DNA of 41,395 nucleotides from Candidatus Saccharimonadales bacterium (GCA_041747695.1 JBGTET010000012.1:1-41395), one strand, 5' to 3'; shown: positions 13,877 through 23,396, numbered from the stretch's first letter. Numbers and translations are program-made. Notes: a model not told the origin generated them from the letters alone.

Positions 13877-14935
13877 TTAATGCTTAAAGTGCAAATAAGC
13901 TTTGACTATAAGAACAGAAACTATTATAGACGCAAATACGGCAGCTAAAACTTTGTAGAGCGTTGTTTTTGAATTTTTGTTTGTGGCAACTTCAGACTGC
14001 TGTTCAGGGTCGCTAGTGGTATTTGTGTTTTGGCTTGATGGTAGTTGTGAATTAGATTTTGGCGATACATCAGTTGGATTAGAATCCGCAGGGTTATTAT
14101 TCGTTGATGGAGTCGATGAATTTGTATTTGATGTTGTAGTTGATGGCGTGCTTGAATTTGTATTTGATGAAGCCACTCCGAGGCTTCCCCCGCTCCAGTT
14201 TTCAAAAACTGCGGTTGGGTATGTAGTTGTTGTACCAACACCAAGCCGCATGGTTAGGCCTGGAGTGCCGTTAGATATAGAAGAGGCAGCACTATCTGTT
14301 GCCGATAATACTAAAGCTCCATTTCGGTAGCCTTTTAATTCGACTGGGTTTGTGGCTCTAACCTCAAGGCGCAATACATCACCATTTTGTGGTCCTGAAA
14401 CTGTATTATTAGAGGCAAGAATTCGTACTTGTGCTGTTGGTACACCGTCATACTTTAATTGCCATTCATCTACAAGACCATCATTGGGATCGGCGTCATA
14501 ATGGAATGCATATCGTGCTGAATCACTCGAACGTCTTCGAACAAATACCTGAGTAAGCATGGAGCTGACTTTATTGGGTGAAATAGTTGCTTCAGAAAAT
14601 TGATCGGCATTTAAGGTTGAGCCAACCCAACTTACAATGCCCGCACCGCTAAGTGCTGTTAGGCCAACATCACTCTGATTGACAATACCAACGTTTCCGA
14701 AGTTTACAGTCCACGAAGATCCTAAACTTTGTCTTTCAAAGTTATCAGAAACAACGTCGTAATCGCCAGACGCAGCCTGGGTGTATTTCAATGTACTGTA
14801 CCCAGCTGATGCAAACCCAATTAACAGGATAACTACTAGGTATCGTCGTACTTTACTTTGCTTAAAGTTGCTGAGCTTGCATAACCAAGCGTTGTATTTC
14901 TTGGCAATAAGCTTTTGCTTGGCAGGTGTAGTCAT
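13877..14935 (-). CDS. cell-surface protein: N-terminal signal anchor, globular (possibly lectin/LamG-like) domain, Ser/Thr-rich repeat stalk, C-terminal TM anchor
   Basis: I prefer the internal ATG at 14935 (MTTPAKQ), which leaves a 4-nt gap to the upstream stop rather than the 80-nt overlap of the 15019 start. TM YLVVILLIGFASAGY; repeat SSNTNSSTPST x2; C-terminal LAAVFASIIVSVLIV. Confidence 0.6.
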   Translation of the reverse strand: MTTPAKQKLIAKKYNAWLCKLSNFKQSKVRRYLVVILLIGFASAGYSTLKYTQAASGDYDVVSDNFERQSLGSSWTVNFGNVGIVNQSDVGLTALSGAGIVSWVGSTLNADQFSEATISPNKVSSMLTQVFVRRRSSDSARYAFHYDADPNDGLVDEWQLKYDGVPTAQVRILASNNTVSGPQNGDVLRLEVRATNPVELKGYRNGALVLSATDSAASSISNGTPGLTMRLGVGTTTTYPTAVFENWSGGSLGVASSNTNSSTPSTTTSNTNSSTPSTNNNPADSNPTDVSPKSNSQLPSSQNTNTTSDPEQQSEVATNKNSKTTLYKVLAAVFASIIVSVLIVKAYLHFKH

Positions 14936-14939
14936 AATG

Positions 14940-16949
14940 TCAATCTGGTTTTGTTGGCTTAATAATAGATGGTTCAACAGGTGTTGATTTTGAATGACCC
15001 CATTGCTTCTTTGAGGCACGATGAGCTATATGACGCCTTACAGTAAGGACTGACAAGAAGGAGGCCCCGACTACTGCAATTATTCCAACAAGCAATTTCG
15101 GCCAACTTTTCGAAGATCGCTTAGTGATTGTCGAATTTGCTTTTGCTGTATCAACTATTTCAGGAACTGAGTCAGTTGCTAGTGGTGATGAATCAGTAGT
15201 CGTATTTTGATCGACGCTTTCTGTTGTAGTTGTGGGACTTGCGACGGCGGCGGCTTTGTTGGCCGCCGTTTGGGCTGTTTTAACCTCAGTTTGTATACTA
15301 GCTTCTTCTATTTCCGGTGAAACGTTAGTCGCAGGCGGTGGTCCAGAAGGGGTAGGTGGTGGCGGTGCGACCACGGTTTGACCTGAAAGGACCGTACCCG
15401 TTGGTATTACAACAAATGCAGCGAATTCTGGTGCTGTGTGCACATTGTTTATAGTAGTGACATCACCCGTCAGAGGAGCGACCTGGGACAAATTCATGGG
15501 GATGTTGATGCTACCTCCTTGGTATGTACCACTTGCAACTGGTGTACCATAGAAGTTCTGGGCGTCACGAACTTCATAAGGCACACCAACAGCTAAAACA
15601 CCACCCAGGTTCACCGTAACAGACGGTAGTTTCTCCCAATTGTATATTGTAATATTGCCTCGATTGTCTTCATATGCATTCTTGCGCACAAAAACCTTAT
15701 TTTGTGTGGGCATGGCTTTGACGAATTGACTTTGAGTATCATAGCCCCGAGTATTCCACTGCGCGAAGGTCATCATCTGGGGTGGGCTACCAGGTGCCGT
15801 CTGCCTAAAGTTATCTAAAGGTCCGTATAGCGTGTTCTGATTGCTTTGATAGGTGCTGAGGGTGGAGTTGGAACGGAACCAGACTACCGGCCATTCGCCG
15901 ATCAGGGTGTTACCGCTCAATGTAGATGACCGCCAGTTCTCAATATCAATAGGTGTTGATTCACCATTAGTATACCTCCTGCCTATGGCATAGTTTCCAG
16001 TCACCGTTGCTTGTCCCTGCAAGCTTCCGAAGTACCCCAGTTTGATGCCACCTCCGGATTCCTGCGCCCGCTCATATAGGTAGTTATTGGTGATATTTAC
16101 GAAATTGATGGGATTGGTATCGGCTGCTACAAAAATACCACGTTCCACGGCGTCGAAAACTATGTTTCCCTCAAACGTAAACCCGTTAGCATAGCCACCT
16201 TGGGTGTAGGCTTTCATGCCAGACGTAAAATTCCTAAAAGTAAAATTCTCTTTTATGTAGCGATTACCTACTTGGTTCTGGGCATAGATAGGAGATCCGC
16301 GGGTCCAGCCATTTGGGAATCGCGGATCCCCCATATCATAAAGCCCATTTCCCCACAGCAAGGTGCCATAGATTTCGCCACCATCACCGACATTGTTCCA
16401 AAAACCGATGCCTGGGTGGCCAACGTCATGGATGACCATGTTTATCGCTTTTGTTCCTGGGCCAAACATATTAATTCCTGGAGGACGTAGGTTGTTCGTT
16501 ACACGGCGATTTGGGCTAGTGTTTGTAATCTCAAAGCCCCAAAACCAGGTGTATGCTCCGTTAGCCACGATTCCACCATCCACAGTCGCGCGTTCATTTG
16601 GATATTGACGTACTTTTATTGGTGCTGCGGCAGTGCCAACAATATTACTTGTAAATACCGTACCTGACCCCGTGCCGTATTTGCCCCCTCGCAACCAAAT
16701 AGTATCACCTGGTTTAACGCTTGTTGGAAATTTAAATGCTGTCGTAAGATCCCATGGGTTTTCTTTGGAACCATTTCCAGTAGCTGTGCCGGAAGGCGAG
16801 ACATACCAGCCTGTGCTTGGCACTGGCAGTGCGGCATAGCTAGGAATAAGTAACTTGACTCCTACAACACCAAAAAGTATAAAAAATACGACTAAGACTA
16901 ATTGTTGAGCAAGGTGATTTTGCTTAATTTTATTGATGCGCTGTTTCAT
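14940..16949 (-). CDS. cell-surface right-handed beta-helix (pectate-lyase-fold) repeat protein with Pro-rich stalk and C-terminal TM anchor
   Basis: I prefer the start at MKQRINK (16949) over 17021. Signal anchor LVLVVFFILFGVVGV..SYA; NPWDLTTAF...GDTIWLRGGKY and repeated G/N-rich strands typical of beta-helix proteins; APPPPTPSGPPPA; C-terminal LLVGIIAVVGASFLSVLTV. Confidence 0.6.
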   Translation of the reverse strand: MKQRINKIKQNHLAQQLVLVVFFILFGVVGVKLLIPSYAALPVPSTGWYVSPSGTATGNGSKENPWDLTTAFKFPTSVKPGDTIWLRGGKYGTGSGTVFTSNIVGTAAAPIKVRQYPNERATVDGGIVANGAYTWFWGFEITNTSPNRRVTNNLRPPGINMFGPGTKAINMVIHDVGHPGIGFWNNVGDGGEIYGTLLWGNGLYDMGDPRFPNGWTRGSPIYAQNQVGNRYIKENFTFRNFTSGMKAYTQGGYANGFTFEGNIVFDAVERGIFVAADTNPINFVNITNNYLYERAQESGGGIKLGYFGSLQGQATVTGNYAIGRRYTNGESTPIDIENWRSSTLSGNTLIGEWPVVWFRSNSTLSTYQSNQNTLYGPLDNFRQTAPGSPPQMMTFAQWNTRGYDTQSQFVKAMPTQNKVFVRKNAYEDNRGNITIYNWEKLPSVTVNLGGVLAVGVPYEVRDAQNFYGTPVASGTYQGGSINIPMNLSQVAPLTGDVTTINNVHTAPEFAAFVVIPTGTVLSGQTVVAPPPPTPSGPPPATNVSPEIEEASIQTEVKTAQTAANKAAAVASPTTTTESVDQNTTTDSSPLATDSVPEIVDTAKANSTITKRSSKSWPKLLVGIIAVVGASFLSVLTVRRHIAHRASKKQWGHSKSTPVEPSIIKPTKPD

Positions 16950-17120
16950 AGTACTACCGTCATCGCATACATAATAATTATGAATACGAAACCTAAAAGT
17001 AAGTATAAACCATAGGATCAAATTTGTTAGTTGTTGAAGGCGGTACGCTATATATTCTAATTACTAGGAAAAATTAGGCCAGCATCTACGATGGCCCTCC
17101 AAAAGTGATAAACTAAAAAC

Positions 17121-17258
17121 ATGGATTCACAAAGCAAGAAAGAGAAAAAAGCAAAGAAAGCTAAAAAAGAATTAGTAAAAGATAGCCCCATGGATAGGTT
17201 TGATAAAGCTATGAAAAAAATCGTTTCAGTCCCTAAAGAAAAGCTAAAAAAGAATTAG
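17121..17258 (+). CDS. possible small Lys-rich protein (45 aa)
   Basis: Hand-translated as MDSQSKKEKKAKKAKKELVKDSPMDRFDKAMKKIVSVPKEKLKKN*. It lies inside the transposon next to IR-R and is below the ORF-track cutoff. Confidence 0.25.
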   Translation: MDSQSKKEKKAKKAKKELVKDSPMDRFDKAMKKIVSVPKEKLKKN

Positions 17259-17290
17259 AATAACCCCATACCGCTAGATTGAAAGAAGAG

Positions 17291-17315
17291 TTGATTAGCC
17301 AAGTATGTTAGTTCT
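17291..17315. repeat. terminal inverted repeat IR-R
   Basis: TTGATTAGCCAAGTATGTTAGTTCT. Confidence 0.85.
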
Positions 17316-18005
17316 GTTGCCAAGCTCTTGCTCGAACAAGGCGATTCTGTCATTGGAACTTACAACTCAAATGAAGGTTCCGCTAAAGAACTTAGTGAAA
17401 AATACGAAAAACTGGATATCAAACAGGTAGACCTAACAGATTCCGAAAGTTTGAGTTCATTTATTAGCTCTCACAACGAAGTAAAGCTTGATGGAATAGT
17501 TAATAACGCTGGAATATTTGAAGAAATTGATTTTACCAACTTCGACAAAAAAGCATTCGAAAAGACTTTCATGATAAATACCTTTGCTCCACTCTATTTA
17601 GTCCAAGGACTTAGCCAGAATTTAAAAAGCGGGGCTTCGATTGTTAACATTGCCAGTACAGACGCTATGGTTGGCTCAATTGTTGGGATTGCATATTCTG
17701 CAAGCAAGGCAGCTTTAATCAACATCACACAAAGCATGACAAATATTCTCGCTGATCGAAAAATTAGAGCAAACTCTTTGTCTCTTGGGTGGATGGGCAC
17801 TGGCATGGAAGCCCCAGCCGAACTGCTAGAAATTGCCAGAGACTACAATCCTCTCAAGAAAATTGGCAGCTACGAAGAAGTTGCCAAATCTGTGCTATTT
17901 CTACTTTCTGAAGATTCAAGCTTTGTGAATGGCACTAACATCACAGTCGATGGTGGCGACATGGCTACAAATTATATCCTTCAAAAAGAAGCAGAACTAA
18001 CCTAG
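17316..18005 (+). pseudogene. SDR, C-terminal fragment (the first 8 nt are the right copy of the target-site duplication)
   Basis: The frame is continuous with the listed ORF 17328-18005 (LEQGDSVIGTYNS..), which contains NNAG (VNNAGIF) and the catalytic YSASK (YxxxK). Confidence 0.85.
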
Positions 18006-18095
18006 ACTGCAAGTTCAACTAAGCACGAGCATCATAAACTGTGTAAAATTACAAATTTTGGGTATATAATGTCTTTATTAACATTAGGAGAGGTC

Positions 18096-18644
18096 ATGTC
18101 TAGATTTAAAAAGTTTGTATTAATTGTAATGGGAGCTGTTTTGGTCAGTGGTTCTGCCGCATACGCAACTGCTAAGCCAGACTTCTACCCAGAGGCGGCA
18201 GCTTGGTCATACCAGTTCTGTCGAACAGTATCGCCAACAAACAGAGAACAAAACACGATTTGTTTCTTGCTAGCAATGCAAGCACAGAATCAAATTCGAT
18301 GGGCGCTTCAGAATAACAATAACGCCACTCAACAAGCAGAAATCGATGCACTTGAAAGCAATGTTTCAAATATCGCCCTAAATAAGACTAACGTTTACAC
18401 AACGACTGGAGACGAGCTCTTAAGTACTACTGAAACTCAGTATTCAGAGGCGTTTTGCGATGATGACAATGACATCGTCCTCTCTGGTGGCTACACAAGT
18501 TTCCCGGACAAAAAAATGCACGTGGTCAGCAGTCAACAAGGTGATGAGTCTACCGGAACATCAAGCTGGGTTGTCGGCGCATTCGGCGAGAACCCTAACG
18601 ACTTCGCTTTTCAAGCTTACGCAAGTTGTTACAGCGTAGAATAG
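18096..18644 (+). CDS. secreted Cys-containing protein, function unknown
   Basis: AGGAGAGG Shine-Dalgarno sequence 6 nt before the ATG at 18096. Signal peptide MSRFKKFVLIVMGAVLVSGSAAYA. Confidence 0.6.
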   Translation: MSRFKKFVLIVMGAVLVSGSAAYATAKPDFYPEAAAWSYQFCRTVSPTNREQNTICFLLAMQAQNQIRWALQNNNNATQQAEIDALESNVSNIALNKTNVYTTTGDELLSTTETQYSEAFCDDDNDIVLSGGYTSFPDKKMHVVSSQQGDESTGTSSWVVGAFGENPNDFAFQAYASCYSVE

Positions 18645-18654
18645 TTAAAAGTCG

Positions 18655-18978
18655 CTAGTCTTTTAGGTGCTTTTTGATTAGCTCTTCGTAGTGTGGTTTT
18701 GGGGCTAGCCCAACGATGTCTTCGACGACTTTGCCATTCTGAAAAAACTTAACGTTCGGAATACCAGTAATTCCGTATTCCATTGCTATTGCTTGATTTT
18801 CGTCGACATTTAACTTGGCTACAGTAACTTTGTCTCCATGGTCGGCATCTAACTGCTCTAGGATTGGAGATAGTGCTCGACATGGCGCACACCAGGCTGC
18901 CCAGAAATCGACCATAATAAGACCGTCGGCTTCTAATACTTCTTGTTTAAAATTGTCATTTGTAACTACTTTTGGCAT
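18655..18978 (-). CDS. trxA: thioredoxin
   Basis: 107 aa with the WCAPC active site (FWAAWCAPCR) and the GIPNVKFF region. AGAGG Shine-Dalgarno sequence. Confidence 0.9.
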   Translation of the reverse strand: MPKVVTNDNFKQEVLEADGLIMVDFWAAWCAPCRALSPILEQLDADHGDKVTVAKLNVDENQAIAMEYGITGIPNVKFFQNGKVVEDIVGLAPKPHYEELIKKHLKD

Positions 18979-19054
18979 ATAACCTCTAAAATCATAAATA
19001 ATGTTTAAGTGATTACTTAATCATAACAAACTTGTTTAGTTTGCGCAAACAGCG

Positions 19055-19522
19055 TTAACCAGTTTTTTGATATCGTTGTCGCTTATTTCTTTCCTTTAAG
19101 CTTCTTCGTTGCGCGTCGAACATGCGTGCTTCTTTAGGTGTTGCAAGTCGTGGAGCAGGTCGCTTGAAAGATCTTGTTTTTTCTCTTGGCTCAAAAGTAG
19201 CAAGCAAGGCTCGTTGTTCTTCGAACCACTCGGAAGTACCTTCCGGGGCTCCTGTAGCCGATTCTCCTGGGATTGGCTCCCCGGCAGTTTGATCACCCGC
19301 TTCATGGGGAACCGTTCTTAGTACATAGGCAGTCAGTCTGCTGTCTGGATCAGAAATAAACTCAGCCTTGGCTCCAAGTGCCGTCGCCCTGGCAGTAGCT
19401 TCGTGGATAGCCTTGATTCTATTAAGATCACTTGGATCGGGAATTCCCCCGATTTCATTGTCGCGGGCTGATTCTTCGTGCTCATCTGAGCCAGGTAATA
19501 GATCGTGGACATTTTCTGCCAT
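19055..19522 (-). CDS. hypothetical protein
   Basis: I prefer the start at MAENVHDL (19522), because TGGTATAAT (19532-19540, minus) lies 9 nt upstream. No motif recognised. Confidence 0.5.
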   Translation of the reverse strand: MAENVHDLLPGSDEHEESARDNEIGGIPDPSDLNRIKAIHEATARATALGAKAEFISDPDSRLTAYVLRTVPHEAGDQTAGEPIPGESATGAPEGTSEWFEEQRALLATFEPREKTRSFKRPAPRLATPKEARMFDAQRRSLKERNKRQRYQKTG

Positions 19523-19647
19523 AACTTGACTATTATACCACATCTGTCAATAATAATCAATAGATTTTTGCTTATGGTTGTCCACAGCTCCACAAATACA
19601 AAAACCGAGGCTTTTGGCCCCGGTCTTAGCGTTTCTAAAGTTCTAAA

Positions 19648-19851
19648 CTACTTGTTTGAGCGCTTTAGAGTTAGGAAACCGTTTCGTGGGTTTTCTACAA
19701 CTTCGTAGCCGTCAGGCAAAGCGTCAATAGCTTCTGGACGTGTGTCCTTAGCAAAGTAGTAAATTGTTTGCAACTTACCGCCACGGAGTGTTACGTCCTT
19801 GCTGTGTAGGAAATAAGTTACCCCTTTAGAGTTAGTGTGAGAATACGCCAT
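19648..19851 (-). CDS. small conserved-looking protein (67 aa), function unknown
   Basis: Strong AAGGAGGTGAA Shine-Dalgarno sequence directly upstream of the ATG. Confidence 0.6.
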   Translation of the reverse strand: MAYSHTNSKGVTYFLHSKDVTLRGGKLQTIYYFAKDTRPEAIDALPDGYEVVENPRNGFLTLKRSNK

Positions 19852-20113
19852 TTCACCTCCTTAGTTATCTTGCGTACCCCTAAAATACGCTTGAGGTGTT
19901 ATTTTTGTCAATAAGTAGTCATTACAAATACATGTTGTTGAGGTCAACAGATGAGATTAGCTTAACAGATATGACCCCTGTTATTTCTTACAGTTTGACC
20001 ACTGTCATACCCTTAAAATTTAAGTGTTGTGATTTATATCTCTTATCACCCTTGCCTGCGTAACTGCTTTTGGTTAAACTAAGGTCTAGCTTAAGAAGGA
20101 GGGTTAAAAACCT

Positions 20114-20683
20114 ATGGAGCGATTTTCAAATCCACAACGCTCAAATGATGTAAGACCAACTCAGCAAGCTCAGAACGAGAGCTTCACAGAGATGGCAGAC
20201 GCCACAGCCAAGAAATCAGGCTTAGTTGGCAAACTATTAATAATTTCATTAATTGTAGTTTCTATTGCAGTCACCGCTTTTGTTGGTACGGCAATTTTTA
20301 ACAGCGAAAAAGGCGAAGCCAGTTTAGTCAAGAAAGATCAGTACCAGGCAGTATTTTTGTCTGATGGGCAGATCTACTTCGGTAAAGTTACAGATGTACA
20401 GGCAGAGTATCTAGTACTTGAGGACATTTACTACCTACAAGTTGAGCAACAAGTTCAGCCAGAGAGAGAAGGCGCAGCAGATGAGACAGCGGAACCTAAA
20501 GTCTCACTAGCTAAGCTAGGGAATGAGCTTCACGGACCTGAAGACCAGATGTTCATCAGTCGACTACAAGTTCTGTTTTGGGAAAACCTAAAGACAGAAG
20601 GCCAAGTGACGACCGCTATCACTGAGTACGTTAAGAGCGGTGGTGCAACAGCACAACCTGCAGAAGAGGACAAAACTCCTTAG
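20114..20683 (+). CDS. membrane-anchored protein
   Basis: AAGGAGG Shine-Dalgarno sequence. Single TM helix LVGKLLIISLIVVSIAVTAFVGTAIF. Confidence 0.6.
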   Translation: MERFSNPQRSNDVRPTQQAQNESFTEMADATAKKSGLVGKLLIISLIVVSIAVTAFVGTAIFNSEKGEASLVKKDQYQAVFLSDGQIYFGKVTDVQAEYLVLEDIYYLQVEQQVQPEREGAADETAEPKVSLAKLGNELHGPEDQMFISRLQVLFWENLKTEGQVTTAITEYVKSGGATAQPAEEDKTP

Positions 20684-20702
20684 CGAGGATTTAGTTTTAC
20701 TC

Positions 20703-20732
20703 AAAAACCGGGCATTTGTCCCGGTTTTTTTG
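20703..20732. terminator. bidirectional rho-independent terminator between convergent genes
   Basis: AAAAA-CCGGG-catttgt-CCCGG-TTTTTTT. Confidence 0.75.
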
Positions 20733-20740
20733 TTGCTAAA

Positions 20741-21346
20741 TTATTCTAGAGGCTGTTCGGTGATGTAATTGGTCAGTTTAGGTATAACGAAATCTAGTAC
20801 AAAGCGCACGATTGTCGCTGTTAAAAGTAGGCTGCTGACAACAACGGCCAGCCCTGCAAGGTCGAACGACCAAGTGGGTGAGACAAAGTTATAAACAAAT
20901 TGCTCCTTTGGTGGCAAATCGAGTTGTTGGGCATCTGTACCAGGCTTAGCGTTGGCAATAACGTAGTTCTGGATACATTCTGCACGTACAGACAACGGAA
21001 TTTCAACTCGCTCACATTCTGCCTGAGCTTTCTTATATACACTGCTGTTAGCACTGCCTGACTGTTCAGCTTTTTTTCTGGCCTGTTCGACGCTAACATT
21101 AAAACTGCCAGGCAGCTCAAGAGGTGCAGGTAGGCTGGCGTTCATATGAGTAAAAACGTAGTCGCGCAGTTCAGTCAGTGCGGGTTCAATTTTCTTAATA
21201 TTGCCAGTGTCTTGATCTATCTTGACTACTTTGTCTCGTAGTTCGAGCATATTTAGGTTATTCTGTCGCAAGAAAAATCCAGAAATTGGCAAGCTTATAA
21301 GAAAGATCAGACCATATTGCCACCATTTATATTTAGTTAATTTCAT
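20741..21346 (-). CDS. membrane protein (N- and C-terminal TM helices)
   Basis: WWQYGLIFLISLPISGFFL and LAGLAVVVSSLLLTATIV. No other motif recognised. Confidence 0.55.
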   Translation of the reverse strand: MKLTKYKWWQYGLIFLISLPISGFFLRQNNLNMLELRDKVVKIDQDTGNIKKIEPALTELRDYVFTHMNASLPAPLELPGSFNVSVEQARKKAEQSGSANSSVYKKAQAECERVEIPLSVRAECIQNYVIANAKPGTDAQQLDLPPKEQFVYNFVSPTWSFDLAGLAVVVSSLLLTATIVRFVLDFVIPKLTNYITEQPLE

Positions 21347-21445
21347 TTCTGTTATCCTGATTTAAAATTATCATAAGCAGTATAGCATTTATGTTTTTAC
21401 AAGATCGACTTCCTAGATTGGCCACAAAAAAGTAAACTGAGTGCT

Positions 21446-22711
21446 ATGCACATCTATTTTTCTGGAATTGGTGGGGTCGCAATTGGTCCTTTGGCTCGAA
21501 TTGCTCGAGATCTTGGGCACGACGTTACAGGTTCTGACAAAGAACAAAGCCGTTATTCCGATTCTGTCGTTGCTGATGGCATTAGTGTAGAGATTGGTCA
21601 GACCACAGAAAATATCGCTAAGGTACATCAGGAAAAGCCGATTGATTGGTTTGTTTACACTTCTGGCTTGCCAGCTGACCATCCTGAACTTAAGTTTGCG
21701 CAAGAGAATGGTATAAAAGCCACCAAACGTGATGTGTTTATAAATGACTTCCTTGTCGAAAAGAATCTTAAGTTATTGGCAGTGGCTGGGACGCACGGCA
21801 AAACCAACACGACAGGCATGTTAGTTTGGATGTTTCAGCAACTTAATATTCCAGTCAGCTACTCTGTTGGCACCAATATTACTTTTGGACCAAATGGTAA
21901 ATACGATGCGAATAGCCAGTATTTTGTTTATGAAGCCGATGAGTTTGATAGGAATTTTCTAAAGTTCAAGCCTTTTGCCAGCGTTTTTACCGCAGTCGAC
22001 TATGACCACCCAGAAACTTACCCGACAGTTGAGGATTACAAAAAAGCTTTTGTGGAGTTTGCAGACCAATCAGAAAGCTTAACTACTTGGCAGTCGATAG
22101 CTGATTATTTGAGTCTTGAGCACACCCAGACGCGACACATAATATCCGATAGTGAACAGTCAACAACGGAAATAACATTGATCGGCAGACATACTCGTAG
22201 TAACGCATTCTTGGCGGTCTCTATGATGGAATCGATTTTGCCTGACACATCACGCGACCAACTACTTGAAGTTGTAAATACTTTCCCTGGAACTGAGCGT
22301 CGTATGGAAAAACTGGCACCCGGTTTGTATAGCGACTACGCACATCACCCAGTTGAAATTAAAGCTGCAATCGAGGCAGCCACTGAATTTGGTCAACCCG
22401 TAGTAGCTGTCTACCAACCGCATCAGAATAATCGTCAGCACGAAGTCCAAGATGCATATTCGGATGTCTTTGAAAAGGCTGCAAAAGTTTATTGGTTGCC
22501 AACATATTTAAGCCGCGAACGCCTTGAATTACCAGTTCTGACACCAGAAGACCTGATTGCTAAGCTTAACAACCCAAGGCTTGCCGAACCGGCGAACATG
22601 GACGAAGGACTAAAAGTGAACATTGCGGAGCACAGAAAGAATGGTCGTACTGTCTTGCTACTTTGCGCCGGCGATTTAGATGCATGGGCAAGGCAAGATC
22701 TGTTTAGCTAA
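21446..22711 (+). CDS. Mur ligase family protein, MurC/Mpl-like
   Basis: FSGIGGVAIGPLARIARDLGHDVTGSD (N-terminal Rossmann), GTHGKTNTTGML (P-loop), and YEADEFDRNF. Confidence 0.7.
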   Translation: MHIYFSGIGGVAIGPLARIARDLGHDVTGSDKEQSRYSDSVVADGISVEIGQTTENIAKVHQEKPIDWFVYTSGLPADHPELKFAQENGIKATKRDVFINDFLVEKNLKLLAVAGTHGKTNTTGMLVWMFQQLNIPVSYSVGTNITFGPNGKYDANSQYFVYEADEFDRNFLKFKPFASVFTAVDYDHPETYPTVEDYKKAFVEFADQSESLTTWQSIADYLSLEHTQTRHIISDSEQSTTEITLIGRHTRSNAFLAVSMMESILPDTSRDQLLEVVNTFPGTERRMEKLAPGLYSDYAHHPVEIKAAIEAATEFGQPVVAVYQPHQNNRQHEVQDAYSDVFEKAAKVYWLPTYLSRERLELPVLTPEDLIAKLNNPRLAEPANMDEGLKVNIAEHRKNGRTVLLLCAGDLDAWARQDLFS

Positions 22712-23366
22712 ATTTGAGTTCGACAAAATTTATCTTCCGTCCCATTTCGATCCATTTTGTTTCGTAAGTAGTTAGGATTTTATAGTCTTCGTTTAAGTTT
22801 GATTCGTGCAAGTCACGAGTCTCGGCAATTATTTTTATATCTTTTCGTTTTGTTATAACTTCATCCTGAAAGAATTCGAACAAATCATTATCGTCGGTTT
22901 TGAAACGAATTACCCCATCGTCTTTGAGTAACTTTTTATAGGTATCCATAAACCTTTGATTAATTAGTCGATTCTTTACATGTTTGCCGCGCGGATAAGG
23001 GTCAGGAAATGTTATCCAAATTGTATCGACAGAATTTTCTGGTATGAACTCTTCGATTTTCCGAAAGTCTGTTTGTATAAATGCTATGTTTTTTAGCTTC
23101 TCTTCTATCGCCGTCTTGGCTGGCCGCCACATGCGATCGCTTTTTTTGTCGATGCCAATAAAATTTTGCTTTGGATAAAGCCGAGCTAACTCTAGCGCTA
23201 GTTCGGCGCGTCCACAACCGACTTCTAGCGTTAGATTCTTATTATAAGCAGGCAGATAGTCGTTCCACTTTCCGTCGTGGGCCTGTCTTTCGCCAAAGCT
23301 ATTTGGCGAGCTATTAAAGCTCTGATGTTTTGGGGTTTTTGCCTTTCTGGCCATATGTTTAACCAT
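22704..23366 (-). CDS. trmB: tRNA (guanine46-N7)-methyltransferase
   Basis: LEVGCGRAELALELARLYPKQNFIGID and IWITFPDPYPRGKHVKNRL. The start is uncertain (ATG at 23366 or 23354); the listed 23429 start adds an implausible hydrophobic extension. Confidence 0.8.
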   Translation of the reverse strand: MVKHMARKAKTPKHQSFNSSPNSFGERQAHDGKWNDYLPAYNKNLTLEVGCGRAELALELARLYPKQNFIGIDKKSDRMWRPAKTAIEEKLKNIAFIQTDFRKIEEFIPENSVDTIWITFPDPYPRGKHVKNRLINQRFMDTYKKLLKDDGVIRFKTDDNDLFEFFQDEVITKRKDIKIIAETRDLHESNLNEDYKILTTYETKWIEMGRKINFVELKFS

Positions 23367-23396
23367 GTTACACTGGAAGCTGACTAAAACAATAAT

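Larger units (their letters stand above)
11787..17315. mobile_element. 5,529-bp IS1595-family cargo transposon
   Basis: Bounded by 25-bp inverted repeats (23/25 match) and flanked by the 8-bp direct repeat GTTGCCAA. Deleting the element plus one repeat copy restores an in-frame SDR gene (..GNAVAKLLLEQGDSVIG..). The transposase gene starts 9 nt inside IR-L. Confidence 0.85.

Noticed and set aside
13945-14330. ORFs of 99 and 117 aa in alternative frames over the Ser/Thr-rich repeat region.
   Set aside because: They arise from the low-complexity tandem repeat (gaatttgtatttgatg x2), which keeps several frames open. The 13877-14935 frame has coherent TM, domain and stalk architecture.
16200-16839. 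Several 68-96 aa ORFs inside the beta-helix gene on both strands.
   Set aside because: They are shadow ORFs within a long, well-structured coding frame.
16950-17021. 24-codon N-terminal extension of the beta-helix ORF, and the similar extension 14936-15019 of the downstream gene.
   Set aside because: The internal ATGs give a proper signal anchor at the N-terminus and remove an 80-nt gene overlap.
13724-17100. 11-mer ATGGCCCTCCA present at both ~13726 and ~17090 inside the transposon.
   Set aside because: Many exact 11-mer coincidences are expected in 41 kb, and the flanks share no similarity.
19026-19041. CAAACT-tgtt-AGTTTG hairpin as a terminator downstream of 19055-19522.
   Set aside because: The stem is short and AT-rich, with no U-tract in the transcribed orientation.
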